The notes below the pieces were generated by a model. The model was not told the origin of the DNA. It did no database searches and saw nothing but the letters and a program-made list of their open reading frames with translations. The position numbers and the translations under genes are program-made. A stretch of DNA of 64,000 bases. Origin: Phoronis australis (lineage: Eukaryota; Animalia; Phoronida). Positions 12,563-27,357 of this stretch are shown here, piece after piece; the first letter of the stretch is position 1, and each line of letters opens with the position of its first letter. The DNA is taken from the NCBI GenBank assembly GCA_002633005.1, contig NMRA01000143.1, positions 794,453 to 858,452 of the forward strand. Reading direction: 5' to 3'.

Positions 12563-15500
12563 AATGGTCGCTGTACAACACAGGCGCGAATCCGGAAGTC
12601 GCTGATAAAACACACCAAGTTATAGTGCAGTGTGGACGTTATAGCAACGAGGGCAACGAATACATCCTCAAAGTAACACGCCGGGTTGCTGTAAAGTCAT
12701 CCATTAAACTTGAATCTGAGCGTGTTATCAGCACTGCCCTCGTACATGAACGATGGCAAACAATAGAAAAGAACTATTTTTGTTGAGAATTGAATCTAAT
12801 GTACAATAATGCTACTCTCAGAAACCACCGAGAATCAATTATATCTGGGTGATTATGACATATGAAACCGCGTTTCATTATTCGGAAAGCGTGCAGCTGC
12901 AGATTGCCCGCTGCAATCGGCTCGTAGAGCAGCGAAATCTTGGAATGAAACCTTCCGTTAGATCAATTCCATGCCATTAGGCTGTAGCCACAATTAGATA
13001 ACAAATAACAGGGACACCATAGACGTTTGGAAGTGACCAAGAAATCAGCTTAGAGAACGAGCATAGAAAAAAGTAATGCCGAGTCGACTCCACTATGCAC
13101 CTCATAGGTCGAAATCAAGGGAAAAACGTATTTAAGAAGTTTTCTTATTTTCTCCCAACTATGAATAAAAGCTTCCGGTTGTGGAATGGAATCACCAAGA
13201 TTCCGAGAGCGGTCATGAACACTTTTACTGGAGATTCGATGCGTTAAGGTACAATACACATTGTAATTCTGCTCTGCGAGCAAGCAAATACAAATATTAA
13301 CGTTTAAACTGACAATGAAGAAGCATAAAAAGTCTAGGTACATATTGAACGCGAATTTTGGTTGTGTATGTTGACGTTTGCGCAACATTTTGTTACTCTT
13401 GAGAATGACACTGACAATATTTTCAGCTATGTCAAATCATTTTCAATAATTCCATTACATGATTTTTTCTGTCTGAACAATATCGAATGCAGTCGGCCTC
13501 TTTTCTGCCATAACTGAGGCTGCTCATGCAACACATATAAACATGTAACATGTTGACAGAAAAATTGTAATGCGTTGACATCAAAGTACACGTGAGGGTT
13601 GCGCTACAATGTCTGATGTATGTTTTTTACCTCAGCACTACGTACATGTAAGTAGGTGTAGTGTAATTGTAAGAAGTATTCTCACTGGGAAGATACGTAC
13701 ATGTAATGATGCCAAGTTATAAAACTTATTATTGTTTGAAATTAAAGCTGGAACTAAAGTCACTGGAATGCCAAAACCTGTCATTGTCTTGATTTTTTCT
13801 TTTCACTGACTTTAATCATAACTTGAAGTATACTATTTATAAATGGTTAGAATACGCTACTTCTATAAGTAGCGTTTTTTCTTCAAGGTAAGATATTCTG
13901 CACGACTAAGTAATGGTTGCCAGTAAAGGAGTACAAACACCAACAGGACATTATAAAACAATCTCATCTTCCATCGCCATTCACTAGTGATCATACGGAA
14001 GGCACTTCAAAAATTGGTCAAACACATGAGAAGCATAATCACGAATTACTACATTATATGATATACGTACGCAGAGTTAACGATCCAGGGTTCTTCGGTT
14101 CACCAGTTAGTTGTACGTCCACTAAAACACTTCCCCTTTCAACACGACTTCTCAGTCACACAGCGTGTTAAGATGCACCTGCACTAAAAGGACATCTTTA
14201 CTGTCCGTTACACGAAGAACAGAGGAGAGAACCCACATCGTTACTTCGAATACATAAGGAGCGCTTATAATTTGCAGGAAACACGATTATGAGTCTGCAT
14301 CTTTATCTTACAGTAATGAACACATCTTACGTTCACTTCAATTAACGATGTGATTCGGTTCATTGCGTACTGCACTCGTTTTTCTTACCCTGCAATAGCT
14401 TGGCTTCTCCGGTAAAGGGAGATGATAAACGACAGCAAAGAAACTGAATTTCTAACTCCAGCTTCAACGCGGAATAGAACTTGCAGTCTAACGTTTTGCT
14501 GGCGGAGCTAATTTATCCCACTCGAGAAGCATTCGAGTATTTGATTTATTTGGTAAATTTAGCGGTCTGTCTTGATTTCAGTGGATGTCTGCCAGACAAC
14601 GGAGAAAATTGGCAATTTGTACTAAATCACAGGAACACCACAACTTTTATTGTTTGATAACACTGGCCGAACCTAATAACTTCAAGAATTCTTCCCCATC
14701 AAAAATAATGCCAAAATGCTTTTTGGGTCGTAAAACCTTTACAGTTTCTTAGAAGATACTAGGTTCCCATAATATGAAGCTTTGAAAACCAAATGACCGT
14801 CTTCTTTGCGGAATTACTCACTCGTCGAAGAAGAGAAAATTAAGATATCCTGAAAATGCAAAATATTCTATTGTATATCTTGGAGAATACTTCCGCAACA
14901 GCCGCCAATTGATCTCTCGCCAAAATGTTACCCATTATTAATACATTTGTAAATGAAGATGGTCATTGATGCCACAAGACAAAGTCACCACGATTAATTT
15001 TACTTTCACGCCTGTGATCACCATCTTCTCGTAATCAAAATGCCGAGTCTTGTATGGGAAATAGTATTGATTCTGTCTGGTTATCTGTACGCAATGTCCA
15101 ATCTAAAATGTATTTCAAGCTATTATTCAAATGGGCTGAAACATGTTGGGTAGACTGAACGTGATACAAAACCGGTCAACACAGAGAAGCATTCATATCC
15201 CTAGTACATTAGTAAATAAATAACCCTAATTCATTGCGTACACAATTGCTTATACTGAATGGCGTTACCATAGAGATGAGAGACCGAGATATCCTTCCTC
15301 TTGGCAAATTCATAACGACATCATTAGATATTAAAATATCGCTTGATATCTAAGCTTTCGGAATATCCCACCACGTATTCAGTGTGACGCAATAATGAAT
15401 TCGATTTCTATTCACACCCCTACTTCTGCATGATCCATGATGGATTATTTACAGTTAGTAACATCTCAATACAGAACAACGATATATAAGCGAACTGAGT

Positions 15501-17689
15501 ACGTCAAGTACAGGGTTAAAAGACTTGCAGATGAGTCAACGACACATATCAAAGACAAAACTGGTTTCAGAAACTTCGATTAGGTTCTTCGTTTGGCTTT
15601 GATACCAAAATACATTCATGAGATCAATAAGCCTTGGACTGAAAAACATACACACCCGTCGGAGACGCTAAAGTTTTTATACCTGTCTGCATTTGTGACT
15701 CCACCCAATCCCGCACGAATATTTTTCTCGCTGCACTGAGAAACCCGGAAGACTTCGGGTCATTTACAAATATTTATCAAGTTAATGAAAAAGTACCTTA
15801 CGCCTCTGGACGTGTTGCCTCATCTTGCGTTTTGCAGCCTCATCGCTCGGCATTAGCTTCGGGTGTTTTTAATGGGCAAATTAAACATGCTACCGGAAAG
15901 CCAAAGGCACTGGTTTTATATCGAGCGTCTTCCGAATTAAGCTTTACGAAAAGGATTTTATCTAACACTCTAATGGTCATTCTAAATAATCTTTAGACTT
16001 TTTGATGACTTCGTTTAACAAGGGACTCCCTCGTATTACCTCAAGCCCAAATTGCTTAACGATGCTACTGATGCATAAAACCTCCCCATGTCATTGTAAA
16101 GATTTCTGGAACACGATAAACAGACTAAATTGTAATAATGAAAGTGGTTTTCTGCCACTGAAACAGAAGTCAACCTGCTCACCAAGTATTTTTAGGGTTT
16201 GTTTGTGAAGTATTTTAATTTCGATTGATATCAAAGAATTTTTGGTTTCAAATTCCAAAAAACGATCTGTCAACTGGTCGTAAATTCGTCTATTTTTCTT
16301 CCACAAGGCAAAGCATGTTACCTTATCAGGTGTAGCAAGACATAGACGTAGCAAAATGAGACCTTTGACCTCAGGCGACTTAAAACAACTGACTGTGAGC
16401 GCGTGCGCCCATCTGCCATACGTGGGAGGGAGATTAAAAACTCTGTGGTAACCACAGAGTTTTTCCTTCGCGCGTATTAAAATCGTGACTTTTGTGTTTT
16501 TTCTAGAAAGGTCTTCACAGGGAAAGTGAGTAACTCTTTATTAGACGTTGTGAGATGGCACTTTCGTCAGGAATTGTTTAAAAAATAATTTTAACGAGCT
16601 CTCATGCTCCATGCCTCTTTAAAGACAACTAAAATAAAACGATTTCTAACAGTCGTAAACGGCATGCTGGCGGCGATTTGTTGGGCGTGCTTACAGGCGG
16701 TGGGGGGATGGGGGCAAATCTGCATATGCAAGGCAAAAGGCAAATAGGGTAGACTATCAAAGAACGATAAACAGTAAACCTCAATTGATATCGTGACATT
16801 GAGAATGTTGGTACCAATTTGACAGAGTAAGTCAAAATATTTCTCAATTCAAATTTCCATGTTTAGGCGTGAGTAGGAAGGCCAGGAATTTCAATCACGC
16901 GGTTTAGGTGTAAAGCGACAACATATGATGTATTAGGCCAATCAGGTGTTACACCTTCATGTACATGTGCAGTATCCTAAGTAGGTATTATTGTACGTCA
17001 GCCTCCATAGAGACTGCTTTACGCGGCCATGATAAAGCAAACGAATAAAATTTATTTTTAAGATAGTACGCGTATTTCCTCACAACTCAAGTACATGTAG
17101 GTCCTCCAATTCTATTCCTCACACAAACAGCTAGACCTACTCACCGATCAAAGGCTCCAACCTAAGGTTTGCTTTCCCATTTCGCAGTTGTGTCGAGACT
17201 GAGCCACGTCCAGCGGTCGAATTACTACTTGACCAATGCATCAGCAACCGGGCTAAGCCCATCACAAAGTACCACCAATCCAACGAGCATTTTATTTATC
17301 TGTTCTTGCGACGAGTTTTTTTAATCCTACTACGCAACTCACATTCCACATAGATATCGTGCAGAGAGATAGAAAACGGAACTAATTACAGCGAAAAGGC
17401 ATACACGTGGCGTCCATGTAAACTTCCTTCTTAATTATGTTATCAAAGTTCTAATCCCGCTCGACAGATCTGAATGGCGCAAGAGAAGCGTACCTGTAGA
17501 GGGTCGGTCCGGGACCTTTCCCTCCGTTAACTCCCTGTATCGGACAGCAGCTTTTTTAAGTAGTCGGCAGAATTTTATAACGACTTCAATAATTTATCCA
17601 TATGTTATTTGTAAAAACAATGTGCCATATACATGTATGAAATGCCGTCACATTATTAACACTCAGCAAAGCAGGAAATATTGCAAACT

Positions 17690-17721
<32 letters not shown>

Positions 17722-17760
17722 GCACGCACGCACGCNCACACACACACACACACACACACG
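17690..17760. repeat. (CA)n/(CGCA)n microsatellite
   Basis: Read directly; contains an N at 17736. Confidence 0.95.
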
Positions 17761-17820
17761 GTTAGCTCTAGTTATTGGTGAAACAGATTCATTTGAGTGG
17801 ATATATCATAATGGGAATAC

Positions 17821-18208
17821 AGTTCTTAGTACAAAGTCAACCATTTACGTACTTAGTTAACGTTTTCGGCCATCACTCTGAGGCTTGTCTCAAATTTAAG
17901 ATGACAAGAAAGGCTGACGTCATCCTGTGTGGGGACATCTGACGGACGTCTAGGAACATGAATCTGCTTAAAGTGTGTCACTGGGCTGTACATGTCTGAT
18001 GGAATACTGGGTAGTAGTTTCTATCAAACATATACCGCCCAGTGATACGCTTTAAGCAGACTAAGATTCGAGACGCCTGTCAGATGTCACCACACAGGAT
18101 GACTACTCGTCCCAGCCTCTCACGTTATCATTAGTTTGAGAAAAGCCTTGCAGTGAAGGCTGAAAACGTTAACTAGGTACGTAAATCGTTGATTGTGTAC
18201 TAAGGACT
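17821..18208. repeat. About 390-bp fold-back with degenerate hammerhead-like motifs, probably Penelope pLTR-derived
   Basis: The arms pair along their whole length (agttcttagtacaaagtcaaccatttacgtacttagttaacgttttcggcc against ggctgaaaacgttaactaggtacgtaaatcgttgattgtgtactaaggact). The motif tagtttgagaaaagcctt-gcagtg-aaggctgaaaacgttaacta lies at 18132-18175. Confidence 0.7.
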
Positions 18209-19995
18209 TTCTTTTCAATTAGCTCTAGTTATATTTCCATTGGAAAGTCTACGATTTTGACAACCAAATTTGCGCTCACTTTGACCGAACTTGAACGAGA
18301 GGCCACGTGCATATATTGATGTTATTAAAACTGTGATTCTGAATGTAAAGACATTACATGAACAAATATTTACAAAAATTTCAGCCTCTGTATTGCCTAA
18401 TACATGTAGCAATCGTTCTTTGGTCCAGAACATGGATATCTAAGTCATATAGTGGCTCAGAGAACGGACCATACTCTCATTCCTTTTGTCGACCGTTACA
18501 TACTCTTTAGTCGCACCATGTGCGTATACATGTACTTTGTGTAATACGTGTGACACGGTCAGGTTGGCACTCAGGTGTATTTCCTACACCTTATTAGTAA
18601 CTAATATTCTCAACTCGCTTTACTAGTGCAAAGACAGATTCTTGTTCAGTTAGTTGACGCTGAACTACATGTACAAGTACTGGGTAGGCTATTTGGGTAA
18701 AGTGCTCACGATATATAAGAATATGTTAGTAGAACTTTGACCACCTACTGGCGTCCTGTGCATGTAGGTGAATCAAAACGCAGACATGGGTATCAAGACT
18801 ACGCTACAGTGAGTATACGATAGGTCAGGGGGAAAATGTGTTCTATTGTGTACTTGCGTCTACGTCCCTCTGCACCGCTACTTTAATAAATGTGAATTGC
18901 CGCCGGTGAGTGCGCTCATACCTTCCACTTTCACTGTCTACGAGCATGTCATCTGACAAAAGAAGCGTTCAGCGCAAACAACTTGTCCAATTTGTACTCT
19001 CCCAATTAGATCCCTTGTATTCATCAACAGCAGATAATAAATTAAGGCACAGGCCGACTTCAACCTCACTAAAAAAACATTGTGAAATCTATTTTGAGCT
19101 CACCACCAGCGTCTCCCGTGTTGGAAAAAACATTATCGCTTTCACACCGGCCAAAGTCAGAAACAACAACCACGATGCGTGCATGTAATTGAAGTTTACG
19201 TCCCCTCTCCTATTTTACAAGTTCTCCAGCATTTCATTTCGAAAATTCATAATATGGATTTTCACTCAAGTTTGTGCAGTGGAACCTTAACCCCAAATAA
19301 ACCTCATTCAACACAACACCAGATATTTTCAAACTTAACTGAAATTGATATGATTTTTTATTTTTATTTTTTTATTTTTAGTGGTGCACCCCCATCTAAA
19401 ATGGTGTAGTGAGTGACACTTGATTCATGCATTATGGGTACTCACTCGGGTGCCCCCATTTGTGATTATGACATTTCGGCGGGAACCTATGCCATTTCAA
19501 CATTTTTAAAAATTGTTTGTATTAAGGCAAATACAAACACAGCTGGCAGTTACGCAATGTTTATTCTTTAGTGACATCTTTCGACTGACAAAAGTCATCC
19601 TGTGTTTTTAATTATTGGGTGCAAATCTAATTGTATGTTTAAAACGATTTTCTTCGTGTCTGCTGAAGCAAGCTGTATATTTATGTGGTTAACCCTGCTT
19701 CTAATGTGCAAAGCAGCATATTTAACCCATCACGTGTAGTCATTGCAAGCGTGCATATACATGTGCATTAAATCACAAATCGCGCCATTGGAATGTACAT
19801 CTACACCTTTCACTGCGCAAAGGTATATCTGTGGTCTGATTTCAGTTGATGTGAAACGGTAAGAACGCAGACCAGGCTTCTGACGAGTGTTAAAGCGTTC
19901 TTCCCACAGACTTTTTAAGGTTTGAGACCGTTTATAATAATTCTCATACTACATTCCCACTGAGCAATGGTACAGAACAAAACACTTTTCCCCCA

Positions 19996-20223
19996 TCAAA
20001 TGCACTTACACGTTGGAGAAACCTTCGTCAAATCCCAGTTGCTGCGTCCGATCGAAGCACGATTCTTCATTATGGGTTGAGCACAGCGTGGTCCTTGAAC
20101 CTTACGCTTGCTCCACGTCCGACGCATTTTCTGGGCGACATTAGAGTCTCTTGGAAACGAAAAAAATGAAATATTGTCTGTCCGATTGCTGTTACTGCAT
20201 CCTCCGCACGTGCAATTTTTCAC
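19996..20223 (-). pseudogene. THAP-domain remnant (transposon-derived)
   Basis: KNCTCGGCSNSNRTDNISFFSFPRDSNVAQK, then TTLCSTHNEESCFDRT in a shifted frame. This is the C-x4-C...FP...LCSxHFxxxCF THAP signature with a frameshift. Confidence 0.7.
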
Positions 20224-21238
20224 AATATTCAGTCGAACTCAATTTTCGAGACCACAACAACTCGCGGCTGGTACAGAACAACACAACGTTGGATAAAGGA
20301 TACACTGATGTCTTCATACAAAACGTTTAATTAAGTAATATTTGCGGAAATTTATTGACTGAAAGTACACTACTTGAAAAAGAAATACTTAAAATATCAT
20401 ACCGAAATTGTTGATAACAGAATTGAAGAATAAGTGTCCATGATGTGAAGGGTTTAAAATATAAAATCATTTAGACGGCGGATATACATACACCTCAAAC
20501 GGAAGGTCGGGCAACACGTGGCTGTTGTATTAGCTACATGTATAGTTCAACAACTTTCATGAGAGGTTTTATTTCGTTTACGATAGCTATGAAAATAAAA
20601 AACGAAAAGTTGTATAGAGCAAAAACGAAATAACTGAGAATGTGGTAGCAGCGTATATTGTCATTTGAGCGTTTATATCAGATGGCGTGATTATGTCGAT
20701 ATTGATGTTATGCTATTGATGTGTCTTCTTTTTTGATAAATTGTACCAGAAAGACATGACAGATTGGTATAAAAGTAATATAAAAATGATCTGAAGCCTT
20801 TCTGTTCTACTGAAAGGCTACCAAACCCGGTTTTGGCCTATTAACAGATATTAAAAATGACGTTCATATCTACTCCTCTTAAGCAAATAATATTCTCAAC
20901 AAACCTCAAAGATTTCTAAAAAATGAAAATTCCTTAGAAAATCTGCTTCACGGGGAAGCGTGACATACACTTTAAGCAAGTTACACGGCAGCTGTCGGGA
21001 AAGACTAGCTATCAAGTACCATAATATCTTATCTGAGACAAAGAAAGGTGAGTTTCTAGTTGAATTCTGCTAGTTTCGCTCAAGTGGGACGTCAGTGGTG
21101 CATTATTAGGTGCCAGAATGAAAATTGGTTGAAATCACCCAAACAGGGTCCAGTATCCTTTTAAATATACGTTTTATGAGTGAAAAAATATATTTGGCTA
21201 AATTCATAAATTGAAATAAAAGCAAACACAAACGAATC

Positions 21239-21382
21239 CACGGTGCCCCAAAGCTGACATTGAAAAAATGACGTTGCGAAAAAATCACTTTTCTCCACTG
21301 AGGAAACTGTTTTCTCCGCAAAGAAAACGTGATTTTTTTGTGATGGTATTTTGTTTTTCAATGTCAGCTTGGGACCACCCTG
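21239..21382. mobile_element. 144-bp fold-back MITE
   Basis: cacggtgccccaaagctgacattgaaaaa ... tttttcaatgtcagcttgggaccaccctg, with gaatc on both flanks. Confidence 0.6.
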
Positions 21383-22306
21383 AGAATCACCTCTATGTTT
21401 TAACCTGTCTGCCTAAAGTGAGCCTTATTTGAGCCGGGATCTCACGCTATGACGGCAACGATTTAACGTGAGCCGTCAGCTCAGCTATGCTGAGCTCGAA
21501 ACTATCCGTCTGAGAATTTAATCAGTGAAGTGCAGTCTAGAGATAGTAACATTTGCGTATGAGTTAATACTATTTAAAGGGTATTAAATGTTGAAAATGT
21601 ATCATGGGAATATTTTTAATAAGGTCGGTTTGCAGTAATTTTTTTCGGTACGGATTTAACCGAATACCGTCAAAAGAGGAACTTTTTAAACCTCTGCATG
21701 ATCAGCAGGATCACTAACACTATGGTTTTGGCACGATTTATCCACAACAAATTTTATGATAAGCATCTTAATAACATATGCCACTCGGAGCACGGGCACA
21801 ACAGGAAGGGGGACTGACTTCACATATCACATGTTTATGTTGTCCAGAACACTTCGGTTCTGTGTATCGCACGCCAAATTACGTCGTATGGAGGTAGCAA
21901 TTTTTAAATTAAAATGTTTAATTTGCGAGATCCATGCGACGGGCGTACATGTAAGCGTGTCGCATGGTTATCGCCTATGGGACACTTCCATTGTTTTCCT
22001 TTGTTGCGTCCATGTTAGACATACATGTACATGTAACAATACAGGTCACATGGATATCGTACACGTGTACCTTGTGCGCACATCAGCCAGTTACCGATAA
22101 ATGCTTGTCATTATCTTTATTATAAAAAAAGAAAAACAAAGTGAACAAGCTCGCGACCTACTAGTAGTTTGCCGTGGGTTAACTTTGTCTCACTATTTGC
22201 CTCCCAATGCCAACTATATTATTCCTTTCAATTAATAAAATAACTCTAAACTGACGCGCTAAGTATAAACATCGCAAATGGTCCCGACTTTGCAAGTGAA
22301 AGCAAT

Positions 22307-22495
22307 TTATCATTTTAAAACTTGGTGGCGCTGTGATTTCGTAATAAAGTTATTTTACAGTACTTTCGCCTTGTTGGTCGTTATCACCAATTGTGTGTCC
22401 TGACATTTGTAAAGGTAATTTTTCATTTTACAACTTGGTGGCGCTGTGAGTTCGTAATAAAGGCATTTTACTGGTACTTTCGCCTTGTTGGTCGC
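22307..22495 (+). repeat. Local direct duplication (period about 113 bp)
   Basis: Two copies of tcatttta.aacttggtggcgctgtga.ttcgtaataaag...gtactttcgccttgttggtcg. Confidence 0.85.
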
Positions 22496-22979
22496 TGTGT
22501 TTGTTTGATGTCACCATTAGTGTTTAAATTTGCATGATATAGTGCTCTGAAATAATTTGTTAACAAAAATGACGCAATCTACACGAATTATAATTTTCTT
22601 CATTTTTCACCATGCACATTTGGGACTTAAAACCCGGAAACTTTACATTTGAAAAGTGCGTTTAAAAATCAGGGCAAAAAGATTTAAGCAAGTTGTAGGG
22701 TGGAAGTACATGTGCTCACGAAACCTGTTCCCACAAGCTAGTACTACAACTCAAGGCCACTGATTAATCTGTTTGTTGCAGTATATGCCAATGGCCTGGA
22801 GTGCGTTACGTAAGAAACAAGCCTGAACAATATCCCGCGCGACTACACAGCATCACGTAACACGAGCTTCCCGATCATGCTCGGGGGTCTGTAAAATATC
22901 AGCCACTAAACTAATACCCCCTTCACATTCACATATTTTTCTTACCAGTACTTACAGCTAGCAAACAATCACTGACAGA

Positions 22980-23620
22980 TCCTTACGAGTTGGCGATTTT
23001 TCCGACCTATTTGAGAACTATTGACAGTACTTCACGGGTTGTAACGAGTTATATCACCGTGTATTTACATTTTTTACGGGTTATAACGAGTTATGTTACC
23101 ATGTATTTCTAACATCATTTCAGGGTTTATAACGAAATGGTGAGGGTAGCTACTATAATATTACGGGTATATCACAACCTTTTCCGGATTGTACCGCGTT
23201 CATTGACTCTTTTTGTGTTAGTTGAGATCTGTTCACGATGATCTTCGTGCAAGTTACGAATATTTAATAGTCGTTACCTTACTAGTTTGTATATAAGTCG
23301 TGAATTATTTGTAACAAACTGTAAAATATGTAGTATATAAATATTTCAAACATTATTACTAGTCCATTACGGATTCTTACGTGCAGTTTTCGAATGTCTT
23401 CGTGTTGTTGCCAGCGGTTTTTGATGTTTTGCGTGTTCTTTACGGATAAACCAATCAGATTACGATCGCTAGAAAAAATTTGACATGTCACAAACTGCAT
23501 ATCCTCTCATGAATCATTACGAATTTCAGCGAGTTGTTGCGTTTTGTGACGATTTTTTACGGATGTTAACTTGCGATTGGTTGCGATTTAGCGATACGTA
23601 AGAATTCGTAGGACAAATTC
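22980..23620. repeat. Degenerate TTACG/ACGAG-rich repeat
   Basis: Recurrent ttacgg, taacgagtt and ttacga words, with a 46-bp internal duplication at 23034-23110. Confidence 0.4.
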
Positions 23621-24155
23621 GGGCATAAAAATGCAGCTCGAATTTGGAGTAAAGATTACAGGTAGTGCATTACTTTTTGTTCATAAGAAAATAGTCTCAT
23701 TTGCAAGTGACGTGTAAGTATCTTGGGTACATGGAACATGACAACATTGGAGTGATTTCCGCCCGTTGGAGGGCACTCTCATGCAAGAAGTACATGTGTA
23801 CCAGACGTGTCGCTCAGAAAGTCATACTTTACATGACCAGCCTTTTTGCGAAGTGATTCGTGCATTTTCCGAAAAAATCCTGCTGTAGGGTGCCTTTACG
23901 ACTAAATTACCTACAAAAGAGATCGTGTTTATTATCCCCAGACGGCAGCGTATTGGATATAATATGATGACAGTAGGCGCCATTTTTTCATCTGTAATTC
24001 TGTTCGTCCGCCATGTGCGAAATCCTCCTGCATTTTCATCGGATGTCAATCAAATATACTTATGAAGTGCCATGGCACATATCGTGTATTGCGTCGTCTC
24101 ATCCATAGGCCTTTTATATTGTTTGGGATCTGCTACTGAAGTGCACTTTACCACC

Positions 24156-24310
24156 TAGCGTGCGTTCAGTAGACGCTAGGACTTACGCTAGGACCTAGCT
24201 AAAATCTAGTCAACACCACGTGTTCTCATTTTAAATACACGGCAATATCTCTCGTAATCTCGCGAAGTCTTGCATTATAGCGAGGTCCTAGCGTTACTGA
24301 ACGGGAGGCT
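24156..24310. mobile_element. About 155-bp MITE
   Basis: Inverted ends tagcgtgcgttcagtagacgctaggac ... gtcctagcgttactgaacgggaggct. Confidence 0.55.
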
Positions 24311-26641
24311 GATCTTCTTAGAAATGACCTATAGCCAGGATTTTGAGTGACGGCTTAACTGACCAGTCAGAACGCAGTATTCTTGACACACCTTTTTTCC
24401 AAGCGCCATTTTACCGGACAAACAACGGGTAAAACTTATTGTTTGTTAGTCGACATTACGCAAGGGGCGGAGCTTGCAATAGGTTAGTTTCATTGGCAAC
24501 ATGTCATTTTTAGAGCACATTCTATATAAAAGGATTTCGATCCCTACAGTATCTCGATCGTCAAATCTATAGCTGAGTACTGGCCTGGCATTGCACAGGG
24601 TTAGCTATCTTGCAAATTTGACGAGATTACCTAAAAAATTTCGTGACATACATGTATAGCTAAGCATTACATATCAGGCACAATACGGGCTCCATAATAG
24701 ATGTGGGGAGTCGAGCCGATTAGTCATGCAAGGTGGTGCGGCGTTTGATTGAACTGGTAGCAACATGTCCACCAGGGTACACAATCATGTATATGCTGTA
24801 CATCTGCATGTGGACGCTCGTTGTTAGCAGCTGACCGTTTTCTCTAAAATTGAAACTCGTCTCATGAAAGTATACCAATGAACACAATGTGTGCAATGTG
24901 GCCAAAGGCTAGCAGACAATTCAGAAGTCTGAAAATATTACTTGCAAGAAACTGTTAGTTTACAGCATCCGCGATATTACCCTCGGGCTTTTCAACTCTA
25001 CTAATCATGAATGACAAACGCAGGCTAATGGGTATAACTTTGTCTATTTCATCGGTGTTTTCTCTACACTTAGACAAACTTTATTAATAGTATTACTTGA
25101 ATTGGACACATTATAAGGCCTTGCACTCGTCCGAGTCAATAAGTCAATAATATACTATGTGGACCGATCCCGAGTGTGATAACAGGGCATATGGGCGGGG
25201 GCAGCAGTTTAGTGCGGAGGCAAAGAGCACTAATAATGTCGTCCAGGGGAGTTTGGCATATATTTGTTTTATGAGTCGACCACCTATTCTTCTTTTCCAG
25301 GATTTTCGTACTTTTATAACATTAGCTTACTCTCGCCTGGTTTGATGTACATGTACTGACGTCGATTGCTCGCTTTGTGGTCAGGGTTTAGGATTTCTGC
25401 CGCCATCGATTGGTCAGATCGCGAACAGCGACAAATGACGTCTTGCGATAGTTTAACTTCGCCATCCAAAAATCGAAAAATGTGACTGTCTTCTCTCCCA
25501 TATGACGTCCTTTACCGGACAAATTGTGTCAAAATTAGTAGTTTTTCATCAAAGCGACATTATCATCGAAATCAGCCAGAGCGCAGGATCAAAGAGGAAA
25601 AATTGCGGTCCCTGTTAAACGTTATTCTGGCTGAGCTGAATTCTCAAATTCATGAATTAACGAATGCCATAATATTTCGGACTGTGGAACTCAAAGTCTA
25701 CACCCGAAGCTAAGGTGTGGCAGACAACGGTTTGATTTGGCGATTTATAATAAAATCACAAAAAGAGAAAGGCTTTCTCTACCCAACAATAATCCCCTAG
25801 CATGTGTTTTCAGGCCTTAAAACGATAACATTCATTTAAAGCAGCGTGAAACCCATATTAATTTTTGTCAAAACACAAACCTCAATTTAGGTCACGCAAC
25901 GTTATAAAATTGTTTCGTACTCAGTTTAGAGTTGACGGTTCCTTATTTCTTTAAGCCAAGGTGAAGGACACACCGTGAGTAAATATAAAGAACTCGATAA
26001 GACCAACGTCATAACGGAAAGAGGCGTGAATCAATTCTTTGTAGTGCCGCCTTAGCTAAGATCTCTAATAGTCATGTCATTATTTTCTTAAACTTGTCAG
26101 GGTATATCGATGTCATAAAATTTGTCTTATCGTTTCCATATCTTGACCAATCAATCCAAACATATGATTTTGTAAAAAAATCAAGTGCTAAACAGCCGCA
26201 TTTCAATTCTTATTTGTGGGTCCAAATCACGTCATACTGGTGACTGATACATCACTACTTAACACCCATGTACTGAAAAATATCAGAATTTAGCCGCTAT
26301 TGATTTGTTTTAGCTTCAAACTGTAGTAACTATGTAATAGCCGTGACGCATGACGAAATGTATTCATGCTTAAACGAAAGAAACTAATAAAAATGAACAA
26401 CTTATGGACTGCAAAGTTGTTTTCTTAAAGAGATTGCAAGTGCACCGTCTGATATGTAAGGTGATGAAATTACTGCCATAGCAAGTAAAACAAATCAATT
26501 TTGAGACACCGGAGGCGTCCATTTTAATAATGTACTGAGACTATCAAACTCTTGGTGGACAAATGCTCTAAGGCTATGGCTTTGCTACCAACATGAATCG
26601 TTCAACTGTTCACGTTATTCTTCCGTAAACGGTGGCGCATT

Positions 26642-26872
26642 ACACTCTGCACTATGCAACACTTTGCGCTATGCAACACGCTGCGCTGTACAACACTGTC
26701 CACTATTGAACACTCTGCACTATGTAAAATTCTGCACTATGCAACACTCTGCACTATGCAACACTCTGCACTATGCAACACTGAACTATGCAACACTGCA
26801 CTATGCAACACTCTGCACTATGCAACGCTCTGCACTATGCAACACTCTGCACTATGCAACACTCAGCACTTC
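26642..26872 (+). repeat. 17-bp minisatellite (ACACTCTGCACTATGCA)n, about 13 units
   Basis: Tandem units read directly, with some 15-bp variants. It explains the repetitive ORFs at 26654 and 26664. Confidence 0.95.
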
Positions 26873-27134
26873 GCAATACGAAACAACATGCAAACGTCGC
26901 GCAGTGTAAAACAATACTGAATATACGGCTGGAAAGCATGTTCTGATGTTTCCATGTTGTTACTGTAGCTGTACAAAAATCGAAACAACCAACACCATGC
27001 TACTTGTTGCCACATAGAAGAAGCAGACGGTTCATTATTGAAGAAGGCTGTCTCTTATTTAAACATTTATATTACAATAACCAATATTAAATTCACTAAA
27101 GTTGCACCTTATTAAGCTGGCTAAAAATAACACT

Positions 27135-27357
27135 GAACTAGGCTTTACTCTCTTATAAAATCGGTCACCTTATACTCCTAACGGCGATGAGATTCCATTC
27201 TCGTTACCAAATGAAGTCACAGGTAACGAGTTAATGGGCCATTTTCGAACTCCCTATAAGGTCTAATGGGTTCGATGTTCTTAGTAACAAAAATAAAAAT
27301 CTACAACGACAAGGAATATTTCCAGATCCAATTTTATAAGAGTGAAAGGCCTAATTC
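27135..27357. mobile_element. About 220-bp fold-back MITE
   Basis: gaactaggctttactctcttataaaatcgg pairs with ccaattttataagagtgaaaggcctaattc, and imperfect pairing continues inward. Confidence 0.6.

Noticed and set aside
14169-16622. Second complete Kolobok element ending catgcctct|TTAA at 16622
   Set aside because: The end looks Kolobok-like, but I found no matching left TIR and could not assign ORF 16091-16354.
26642-26872. Regular short repeats as a CRISPR array or repeat protein (ORFs 26654, 26664)
   Set aside because: The units are head-to-tail with no unique spacers and there are no cas genes. The context is eukaryotic, and the ORFs arise from a stop-free minisatellite.
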